In this document: one piece after another, positions 53,371 to 64,000 of the stretch | How positions within the stretch are numbered: position 1 is the stretch's first letter | How the letters are laid out: every line of letters starts with the position of its first letter | Origin: Octopus vulgaris | Taxonomy: Eukaryota | Assembly: GCA_951406725.2 (NCBI GenBank) | Contig: OX597819.1 | Location: 18,972,001 to 19,036,000 of the forward strand | Direction: 5' to 3' | Length of the DNA stretch: 64,000 nucleotides | Notes under the pieces: model-generated | What the model was told of the DNA's origin: nothing | The model's database searches: none | What the model saw: the letters and a program-made list of their open reading frames with translations, nothing else | Program-made: the position numbers and the translations under genes

Positions 53371-53925
53371 TATATAAAATACTAAAAGAACAGCTAAAAA
53401 CTTCCCTCGTTCTTCTTTCCTTCTTTACACTCATCCTTGAAACCGCACGTATAAACACGTATTTATCTCTGTTAATATATATATTCCTGCATATATGAAT
53501 GAATATGTCTATACAGCATTCATGTATAAGTCTATAAGTAAACGTACATACACATGCGTATGTATATATTCATAGTTACACACACGTATATCATAATTTA
53601 TTCTTCACACGGTTTTCTTATATCATTAATTCGCAAGATGAAATTGACTTTCATTATATTTATGGAGGAAATCTCCTCAATGTCATCCGGAAAAAAATGT
53701 CAACCATAAAATCTAGTTTAATCTGTTTATTGAGAAAACATTTCAAATACGAAATACCTCATGAATACTGCCAACACTTTGTTCTGAATTTTATAAATTT
53801 TCAACATTTCTCCTCGCGCCTGTATAGCGAGAACTTTCTGGCAAATATTCTAGAGAACTAAAACAATTGAATACAAAAAGCTGTGCAATTACATATTTAT
53901 ATATATATAAACACACACACACACA

Positions 53926-53994
<69 letters not shown>

Positions 53995-54396
53995 ACTTAC
54001 GTCATGTCGTATAATTTACATAAATTTGTTATGGAGGTAGATGCATAAAATATAGTCGGACAAACTTATAGATAAATATACATAAAGGTGCCAACGTGTT
54101 TGTGAAGAGTCGTTGTGTGTTTGAGTGATAATGAATAAAGCTTAAGGGAGAAAGAGGGAGTGGAAGATCGATACTTATATGATTATACTAGATTTTATGT
54201 TGACTCGGTACAAATATTGATATAGACAAATCAGCACACTGCCCAAAAGGTACTCGCCCTACACTCACTTGCTCACAAGCAATCATATATATATACATAT
54301 ATATATATATATAAATATATACACATTTGTATATATATAATATATACATATATATATATCTGTATAAATAAATACATATACATATATATATGTATG

Positions 54397-54516
<120 letters not shown>

Positions 54517-54531
54517 ATATGCGCATATATG

Positions 54532-54660
54532 AGAACAAGACATCACCAACGGTGCAAATAACATAGAATACATAAACAACGAGAAAAAAGTGTTTAGTTG
54601 TCCAGTTTTTCATATTTTTTCATTGTTTACGTATTTCAGGTTATTTGCACCGTTGGTGTC
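54532..54660. repeat. Inverted pair of short element ends (about 45-bp arms) embedded in (TA)n
   Basis: CACCAACGGTGCAAATAACATAGAATACATAAACAACGAGAAAAAA versus TTTTTTCATTGTTTACGTATTTCAGGTTATTTGCACCGTTGGTG. Confidence 0.85.
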
Positions 54661-54679
54661 GATCTGCGCCCTCTATGCA

Positions 54680-54736
<57 letters not shown>

Positions 54737-54939
54737 TTATTTATATAAATATATATGAATTATATGGTATATATATATATATATGGTCAGCATATACGTG
54801 CGTAAGAAGTGTCAAGCAGTAGCCATACGGTTACTTTCAACTCGGTAAGAAACACAGCGTACATTTTTACCTTTCCATCTCCTTAACTTGGAATACACAC
54901 ACACACACACACACACACACATGGAGATAAGTAGACTGA

Positions 54940-55170
54940 GAGGCTTTCACAAAAACATGCTTTGCCGAAGAGCCTCAGTGAAGTGTGATTTGTAGATGTG
55001 GTTGTCTTCGAAGCATATTTGTAGAAATTTTTATCTAAGGTATCAGATGAACCCACATCGCGGCAGAAGGCAAAAAGAAGACCAGCTGTATCCAAAGCGC
55101 CACCTCATAAGAAACGATATAATAGAAACACAGCCACTGGCTGAACCAATGAGACAATAAAATGAAATAA
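54940..55170 (+). mobile_element. Old CR1-clade LINE 3' end, related to 49229-51253
   Basis: LPKSLSEV*FVDVVVFEAYL*KFLSKVSDEPTSRQKAKRRPAVS aligns with LPKNLRGLHWVDADAFKMKLDLSLSGVPEEPTSRKEVQMRAAAS. Confidence 0.75.
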
Positions 55171-55296
55171 TATATATATATATGTGTGTGTGTGTGCGTG
55201 TGTGTGTGTGAGTGTGTGTGCGTGTGTGTACGTATGTATTTATGTATGTCTACTTTTATACACACGTACAGGCACACACACAAATTCACACACATA

Positions 55297-55660
55297 TGTT
55301 AAATAAAATGTGACAATAAAACCAAGTTTGTGTGGGATTTATTGGACATTTACAAAGAGAAAGGTAGACCTACAGCTGATTATGGGATATTAGGGATATC
55401 CGTTCATCAGAGACGATATGAGAGAGTTAACTAGATGGACATAGCAGAGTTCGATATAAAGATTTATTTTGGAAAAGGTTGGATGTAGGAAGTATTAGGG
55501 AAATAAGAGAATAAAAATAAAAGTAAAAATCTATGTAGGCTGTTACAGTTGGAGTTCCATTATCCAAGGAACTTGCTGTGCAGAATGGGTAGAAATGTTT
55601 CTTGTGGATTCCGATAGGAGTTCATACTTTGTTATTAGAAGTAGGAAGTGTTCATATATG
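55297..55660 (-). mobile_element. Penelope-like element 3' end with a degenerate hammerhead motif
   Basis: Minus strand 55367-55414: GTCT-CTGATGA-AC-GGATAT(CCCTA)ATATCC-CATAAT-CAGCTG-TA-GGTC; the upstream frame EHFLLLITKYELL..RNISTHS resembles a PLE ORF end. Confidence 0.5.
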
Positions 55661-55677
55661 TGTATAGATATATGAAT

Positions 55678-55722
<45 letters not shown>

Positions 55723-55911
55723 TGTGTGTCTCTGTGTGTGTGCGTGTCTGCGCATTTATATGTCAGCTCTTAGGCTGAAAGTGCAAAATGGCTGCCACCT
55801 CTCCGGTGAGCGTATAAGAAATAAGGACTGTGCAAGAAGTTGCATAATTATTGAGTCTGGCGTGAAATTGCTCTGATTATAATTAAGCGTAAGATCAAGG
55901 TTCATTATATA

Positions 55912-56250
55912 TAATAGGTTGTCCGGAAGGTTCAGAGCGTGTTTAAACTAAGTCATTTAACGCTTCATTGAACACACCTGAAACGTAACACAGTTAAAAC
56001 TTTAGCGTTGCGTGAAGTGGTAGCGCATCTTTTCTTTGTTGTTCACTAAATATAGATTTATCTTTCATTCCGGTTACCCTTTATTGACTTTGGAAATAGA
56101 TAAGCAAAAATGTCATGTTGGTGTTGAGATGTTCTTCATTATAACAAAGAAGCGAGAATGCCACAACACAAGGAGTTGCAGAAATATTTTTGAAGCTTAC
56201 GGTGATGATGATGCTATCGCTCTGGACACCGTGTGGGCAGTCATCTAAAA
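55912..56250 (+). mobile_element. Mariner 5' remnant (TIR-like end and transposase N-terminus)
   Basis: TA-ATAGGTTGTCCGGAAGGTTC resembles mariner TIRs; the frame contains CRNIFEAYGDDDAI. Confidence 0.5.
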
Positions 56251-56555
56251 GTTTTTCTTCATCATGATGCTGACATAAGTTCCTTGTCTTTCCTGGTGAG
56301 AAGGTGGTATAATGCACCCCTTATTCCTTCGAAATTAGGAAAATGCAGTCTTCGAAACATATGTCGAGAATAAAGGAATGTTGTTAAATCGTCTTTCAAC
56401 TCCATTCTTTCATTTATTTATATGTATATATTTCCTTGCACATATACACATGTGCATATGTATATATATATATATATATATATGCGTGTGTGTGTGTGTA
56501 TGTATGTGTGTGTGTGTATGCGTGTGTGAGTGTGTATGTGTGTATGCATGGATAT

Positions 56556-56606
56556 ATATTTTTTTTCTAGTTTCAGCTCAGAGCGCGGCCATGCTGATGC
56601 ACCGCC
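56556..56606 (-). mobile_element. Solo CR1/S2-type 3' tail
   Basis: TTCTAGTTTCAGCTCAGAGCGCGGCCATGCTGATGCACCGCC matches 49257-49299. Confidence 0.7.
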
Positions 56607-57156
56607 GTTGCTGATGCACCGACGTTATATGTATATACATATTTATTTGTATACATATGTATATATATATTTATTTGTGTGTGTAAACATACACAGAGAG
56701 AAAGCTTCCTGCATGAATTTTACCTATTGATTTTTTAAAAAAACCTAATGCATTTATTTTCATATTTAAAATGAATTGTATAACACATATATACATGCAT
56801 ACAAATATGGATACATAGAATCACGTCTGTGATCACAGATGAATAATACGAGCATATATATGTTTGTGAGTTTCTTTTCATTAAGGGACGCTCATAGGGT
56901 GATGCACACACAGGCATTCATCTTCACATATTTTCTATTAGTCTATACTTCATGTGATCTCTTCCTGCAAAGGAGATACTTTGCCCGAAATGGGATTTCC
57001 ACAACCTGCTTCTTATTTAATCTCTTTAAAATCCCTCTCCATTTGTCTGCACATTTTATAATCTTTAATTTCCACGTAAAAATCTTACGTTGCATTCCAA
57101 ATCGTATCGTTAAGAAACTTAAGGGACTACAGCTTGTACAGGCGCACTCACACGCA

Positions 57157-57254
<98 letters not shown>

Positions 57255-58249
57255 ATTTCTTTAAAATATTGGAATGGAATTAAACAAAGAATTACACGTA
57301 ACATCTCATCAAATGCTGTATTGTATTATGTGACTGTTTTTCACTGTATGTAATCTTTTGTTCAACATCCGTTCATATTGCGCCTGCATTAATATTACGT
57401 TTATCGAAAAAGTCTTACATTTCGGTCAAAATATCTCAGCTTTTGTATTTACTTTTCTTGCTATCTATTTGCTCTTATACTTTCATTTTTATTTGTACAT
57501 ATTTCTTATATTCACTGATATTTTTATTAACATTACTATTATTAATAATATTATTATTATCATAATGGTTTTCGACTCTCGCCTTCACTGTATGTACATC
57601 TTGTGTGGTATTCTAAATATATCTGTATTGAAATGCTTCGAGATAAACATCTGCTTTGCTAGAAGTATGAGTACAAATAGATAGAACGGTGCTGTGAGAT
57701 TAAGAAAGGATTTACAATAAGAATTTGAACATCTGCATGGAATATTCCAACAGTTTCGCAAATGTATCCCACTCACTCCTCGCTTATTTCCATGTTCTAT
57801 TTCGTTTCTGCTCTTTTTATTATTATTTGCATCAGTATTGTTTTTTCGTTGCTTACTTTTACCTTTGTTATTATGAATTCTCGATATTGATTGGGGATGT
57901 CCAGCTGTTGAGAAACAAAGCCGAAACCTTTGATTTAGAGACTCACAGAAAGCTTCTTTCTTTCTTTCTTTCTTTTTTTCTCTGCAGAAATTTTATTTCC
58001 TCTTTTACATAATTGTTTTTCTTTTTGTTTGTTACGAATTGCAATAGTTATATACAATGTGTATATATGTATGTATATATATATGTACATACATATACAT
58101 GCACACACACACATATATATATATATATTTATATGTATTTATATGTATATATATATATATATATATACACACTCATATATGCGCGTGCGTGCGTGCATGT
58201 GTGTGTATGTATGTGTATATCTATCTATCTATCTATCTTTCTCCTTCTT

Positions 58250-58314
<65 letters not shown>

Positions 58315-58851
58315 GTATATATATATATATGTATATATATATATGTGTATACACACATACACATGAATATATCATAATGTTCATATAACTAATTGCGCAC
58401 TCAAACAGTTATGTGTATATGCATGTAAGCTTATATCATCATCATCATCATTATTATTATTCATATACAACGACATGTATGCGTATATAAGTAACGGTGA
58501 TCATGTGAGCGCGTAGTTGTGTGAGCTGGTGTGACTTTTATAGAGAGGGAGAGAGAGAGAGAGAGAGAGGAAGACAGAAAGAGACAGGGAGAGTGTATGT
58601 GTGTGTGTGTGTGTGTAAGTAAATGAGTTACAGATACAGGTATACATATAGAGAGAGGGGGTGCAGAGACAAAGAAAGAGAGGGAGAGTGAAAGACCAGC
58701 GTTTATATACATGACTCTATATAAGAAATGTAATGGGTGAGTTTATGTAGTGAAACGATCACAGTACTTGCATTTCAGAAAATTACATTCGGTCTTAAAA
58801 AAATGTTTCTCAAGCTTGTATACATATAAACATATAAACGTTTGTGCATGT

Positions 58852-58892
<41 letters not shown>

Positions 58893-58996
58893 TATATATA
58901 TATATATATATATACATTATTGTGTCTGGGGAGGGTCTTCTCTTTACACACACACCAGTTCGATTTCCACTCATTTACTTTTATACATGCATACAT

Positions 58997-59062
<66 letters not shown>

Positions 59063-59104
59063 AGGTGTGTGTGTGTGTATCTACAGAAGACAGAAGAAGA
59101 CCAA

Positions 59105-59672
59105 CTACTGGGCCAGTGTGCTAGTTCGCGTCACCATCACTATCAACAACCACAAGCTGGATGCAGTTCATGAATTCATCTACCTCTACTCTTCCATTTC
59201 TGATGAACTTTCTCTAGACCCTGCGATCAACAGATGACTAGACGAGTATCTTCCCCATGTGTCAAGCTAACAAATGAGTCTGGGAAAACAGAAAACAGGC
59301 CGCAAACACCAAGATTACTGCGTAGAAGGCGTTCGTCCTCAGTACACTAGTTTACGGCATTCAGACATAAAGCTTCATTTCCAGACAGGAGCGACATCTC
59401 AACATCTACCTTCGTAATTTCAGACGGGTCCCCAAAACCGAAGTCCTCAACTGCGTCAAGATACCCATGTACAACGCATACCGGATGTGAAGATCCCAAA
59501 GGACCTCTTGTACTGGGAATTGACCTCCGGCACAAGAGCTCGAGGATGACCTCGTCTTCGTTTCAAGGACGTCTATAAGAGTGATATGAGGTCAAACGAT
59601 GTGAGCGTCCTGAGAGGGGAGGAAGCCGGAAATGATCGCCCTCACTGGAGACAAATAATGCGAAGAGGACGA
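59105..59672 (+). mobile_element. Degenerate RTE (BovB-like) LINE 3' part
   Basis: ITINNHKLDAVHEFIYL.SSISDELSLDPAINR, VWENRK..NTKI, VLSTLVYG, HVQRIPDVKIPKDLLYWELTSGTRARG*PRLRFKDVYKSDM. Confidence 0.82.
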
Positions 59673-60034
59673 AGCGTGTGCATATCTGCATATATGTGTG
59701 TGTGTGTGTTTGTATGTGTATTTCAGTGTGATTTAAGCGTATACACCAACGAAAACATTCCGCCAGATACACACAACATTCATCTCAAATGTAAAAGTCT
59801 CCTGTTATTTAGCGAAACCGATTATTCTTCAATATCTGCTTTCAACGTCCTCTCGATAAGCGACACAGGCAAGCTATTTCATGATTTTCGAGATTTGCTT
59901 AGAATTCTTATCACTTTTGCTTCAGAAATTTCTGTGGTGTCAATATTTATGTTCCTCAGACACAGTTCTTTTATAACGAAATAATTTCAAACAATTAATG
60001 TAGTAAATTGAAATGTTTACAATATAAATATATT

Positions 60035-60245
60035 TATTTAAAATTCTGGCACAAGGCCAGCGATTTCGAGGAAGTGAATAAATCAATTGCATCCACACAA
60101 GTGATCAATTGGTAATTATTTTAGAGTCCTCGAAAGGATGAAAAGCAAAGTCGATCTCAGTAGAATTTGAACGCAGCACGCAAATGCGGACGAAATGTTA
60201 AGTATTTTACCCGACGCTTTAAAATTCAGCCAACTCACGACTTCA
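60035..60245 (-). mobile_element. S1b SINE (old)
   Basis: TGGCACAAGGCCAGC...CGAAAGGATGAAAAGCAAAGTCGATCTCAGTAGAATTTGAAC. Confidence 0.75.
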
Positions 60246-60604
60246 ATTTATGAATATATAACCATTTATCTGTTTACGAGGAGATAGTTTTGCATGACAT
60301 GATGCCTTATAACCAATCTGAAAACAAAAGAATAAAAGAAATTTTGGCGGAAAGTTTTTATCGATACTGGTAAAACTCTGTTGATTATCCTTACCAAGTA
60401 TGGAACAAACAAAGAACCAATAATCTTATATAAACATCATATTTGGATACATATATTTAGTCTACGTATCTTATTCTGTACTCTGTAATCTGTCGCTAAA
60501 TTACTTCGAAAGTATTATAATGAACAAACACGCATACACAGCTGAACACGCAGACTTATTACATAAATATGCATATACATGGCTGTTTACACACACACAC
60601 ACAA

Positions 60605-60659
<55 letters not shown>

Positions 60660-62310
60660 TATATCGTATATGTATATATATATATATATACATACAAACG
60701 AACGCAAACACAACACTTATATTTGTGTGTTTGCATATGTGTATAAATATCTGTGTGTTTATATATACATGTACATATACATATATATATGCATACGCAG
60801 ACACACACATATACATATTTATGTTATAATACCTGCTTGTGACCTGAGAGACGCAGCAACAAATCAATGTGGCCGAATCTCTCTAACAAGTTTGCCAGTA
60901 GTTTTCTAATATCTAGTATCGAATGTTGCACACGTACCCAGGGGTGGCTGAAAATATATCCTGCGTTAAAGCTGGTAGCTAGTAATGTATCTTAGTGGAA
61001 AATATTAGATCAGAGTTTACAAAATATTTTCCTCGGATATCTCAGCCTACACAAAAAAAATCAATAGTCCAGAATGTGTTTGCTGTGGCATAACTGCTTC
61101 CAATATTTCGACTATTTGATTGGACGTTAGATGACATTCGAGACACTGATATAAATACCCGTACGTTATTGACTCTAAACTGAACAGCACCCATCAATAC
61201 AAGATATTATTGATCGTCATTATAGCAACGAACGCAAGAATGCTGTGATTTAAAAGTAGTGGAGATTTCATTGGAAACTCACGCTGTATATACTTGTTAT
61301 TTAGACCCCTAATCGAGCAGATCTATAATAAAAGACTTTCCGAACGTGACTGTTCCTCCATATTTCCCTTGGTATTCATAATCCAGTTTTGTAAAACTTC
61401 GGAAAATGCTGCCGTTCGGTCGAGTAGACCTATATTTAAAGTTATTCTTGTTCTATTCTTCCCCTATTTTATTTTTGCTCTATGTCTAAGTCTACACTCT
61501 GGAATGGTTTTTTTTTATTTCTAAAAGATGTTATGTAGGTTTTAAAACGATTGGTCGACGCTTCTAATAATCCAACTGACCACATCGAGATTCATCCGAA
61601 GGTTCGTATGCCATAATAATCGAGACATTAATAGCATTCTTTATGAAGCAGTAAATGTTGTTGTGTGCGCCTCTGACACATCAATGAGCATGAGTAAATA
61701 ATTGTCTGCTAACAAGATGCAACTATTTAAGCATTTTATTTATTGATACACGATGGAGGCAACACAAGAGATCCTACACAGCTCCAGAATAACGGAACAT
61801 CTGAACAATTGTTGCCTGTTTAACCTGACAAAATGGCAGAGAGAAATACGCCTCTACACAAGACTTACTGTGCCAGTAATACATAAAATCAAGTTTCTCT
61901 GTACGTAAGTCTCTACCAGATTGAGAGTTTCATACATTAGAGATAAAACCGAAAATTCACATTCATTGAAATATTTCGTTTAATAAAAAAAAACATCAAC
62001 GAAATAAATTGCAGCATACACGTCTTCAAGTTCGCGATCCTGTCATTTGATTTTTACCCAACTCCGCTCCCGTCCCTATCACATACACAGAGACTGGCTA
62101 CCCGAGTCTGTGCTATAGGGTCACTTACTACTACACTTAAACCTCTGCCTCACAGTCTCTTGGACAAATCACGCAGATGCAATGGTTCCTGACTTACAGG
62201 GCTTGAGGCTTTTTCGGACAACATGAGACCAGACAGATTCGTGTCACCTGCTCACATGATAGGGCGTCTCACCTTCTCACACGTCACAATAACTATTTAA
62301 ACAGTCCTGA

Positions 62311-62620
62311 TTTTTATTTTGTTCCTTCTCGAGCCATGCCTGGCTCATAAGGGCCTGTTTCCCGGTTTACTTGTCGTATAGGTTCTCCTCCTGGACTGAA
62401 CGCTGGTCCATCGCAGGTTAGCTGCTAGAAGCAGGAGGAAAGAGTGAGAGAAAGTTGTGGCGAAAGAGTCAGCAGAAGTTCGCCATTACCTTCTGCCGGA
62501 GCCGCGTGAAGCTTAGGTGTTTCGCTCATAAACATATACATAGCCCGGTCTAAGATTCGAATCCGCAATGCCTCGACCGCGAAACCGCTGCTTTAACTAC
62601 TAGGCCATGTGCCTCCACTA
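62311..62620 (-). mobile_element. tRNA-derived SINE family S3, full length, 12-bp TSD
   Basis: A box TGGCCTAGTAG, B box GGATTCGAATC, internal CCTGCGATGGACCAGCGTTCAGTCCAGG; TSD AAACAGTCCTGA at 62299-62310 and 62621-62632. Confidence 0.88.
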
Positions 62621-63315
62621 AAACAGTCCTGAAACCCCACAGTGTCATCTTCCGAAAGTTTTTCATTGTCAGATCATTCTGTGCTGAATACAGCCTTGAA
62701 AATGTCCAAGAGTTAATATCAACTACGTTACTCTAACCAGTCTCGAGGCTACCAGATACAAGGACACGAAACATTCACCACCTCCGAACAACAAAAACAA
62801 CAAAATTATAAAATTTGGTTGAATATGAACACCTTGCGACGGGAATTTGGAAGACGGGCGCAAAATGTTAATTTGTGGGCTGATTGATTTCTACAAGACA
62901 GATATGGATATTAGCGTTCGCCAATATATTTCTCAAACACACTGTATTGACCCACAACACAAACCTAATATTAAGTATAATGAAAACTGAAGTGATTCTA
63001 ACTAAAAACAACAATTCACTAATGTGGCGCTGCAGCAAATTAACCTCATGCGACGTCAAGTGAGCCGCACTGCAACATTAACAGCTGTATTTCCTATATG
63101 ATTATACACTTATTGTGTTATATATCATTTGTTCTTACGCATACCATATATTATGTATGTGCACGAGTGGGGAGTATTATATATTTTACATAAGGTTTGC
63201 TTTTGTTTTTCCTTAAGCCTGCATGTGTACGAAAATCCAGTTTTCGTTCAGTCGAGCTCCAAGTATCGACAGATGCTCCTGCATATATGTAGGTTTATTT
63301 CAGTGATTTTCTCCC

Positions 63316-63317
<2 letters not shown>

Positions 63318-63365
<48 letters not shown>

Positions 63366-63538
63366 CACGCACATATATGTATATAAATATGTGTGTATGT
63401 ATATGTATATAAGTATATATATGAATATATGTATGCATATATATGTGAATATATGCATGTATATATAAATGAATATATGTGTGTATAAATGTGTATATAT
63501 ATACATATATATATGTATATATATGTATATATGTGCAA

Positions 63539-63593
<55 letters not shown>

Positions 63594-63628
63594 CATAGAC
63601 ATACATGTATGATGATATATATACACAT
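63318..63628. repeat. (CT)n(TA)n and degenerate TA/TG microsatellite
   Basis: Directly visible. Confidence 0.95.
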
Positions 63629-63887
63629 GCGAACGAACGGGTTTAGTAGATTAAATAGAATATTGAAAATAAGACCGTTCTAGGTGAGTCGTTGCATGTA
63701 CAGTCAATTAGGTAGCAAAAATAGCTAGCAAAACGCCTGGGAATATTCCGTTCAATAATCTGTAATTCTATCCAGGAGCTGATACGTTCTTCGATAGTCT
63801 TAACGCTAAATTAACCAGTATTCGCAATTGATGTTTGCCAAGATTTAATAGTATTTTTAACTTTCAATATGTAAGCACAAATCAGTA

Positions 63888-64000
63888 CAGTGGAGTGATG
63901 AGAATCAGTAGAGCATCAGACCTAATGCCGTGCAGTGTTTGTTACTTCCCTTCAAGTTGTGAGTTCAAATTCCGCGGAGATTGATTTTTCGCTTTCATCC
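63888..64000 (+). mobile_element. S1-type SINE head, running off the window end
   Basis: GTGAGTTCAAATTCCGCGGAGATTGATTTTCGCTTTCATCC. Confidence 0.65.

Noticed and set aside
62040-62300. Possible degenerate RTE 3' end hosting the S3 SINE
   Set aside because: Only HVSR and GRQR-like traces; insufficient.

Overview
AT-rich, microsatellite-saturated eukaryotic non-coding DNA (intron or intergenic). The repeat content (tRNA-derived SINEs with internal TA/TG tracts, R4/Dong, RTE, CR1, Tx1, Penelope, mariner) points to a cephalopod, most likely Octopus; this assignment is inference. I found no intact host gene, RNA gene or CRISPR array, and nearly all listed ORFs are translations of microsatellites. 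The most coherent signal is a (TAA)n-centred retroelement system at 0.5-8.2 kb and 17.4-23.9 kb. It comprises about ten R4/Dong-like restriction-like-endonuclease LINE fragments and seven copies of a ~555-bp non-coding element with a fixed 5' end, almost all sitting in or ending in (TAA)n and oriented according to the microsatellite strand. Other notable items are several minimal hammerhead-ribozyme motifs in Penelope-like pseudo-LTR remnants, a SINE-CR1 chimera whose SINE tail matches the LINE tail, an in-frame 62-codon GAA expansion inside a LINE ORF, microhomology-bounded internal deletions, and a ~930-bp foldback palindrome. All family names come from motif recognition by eye, not from database searches.
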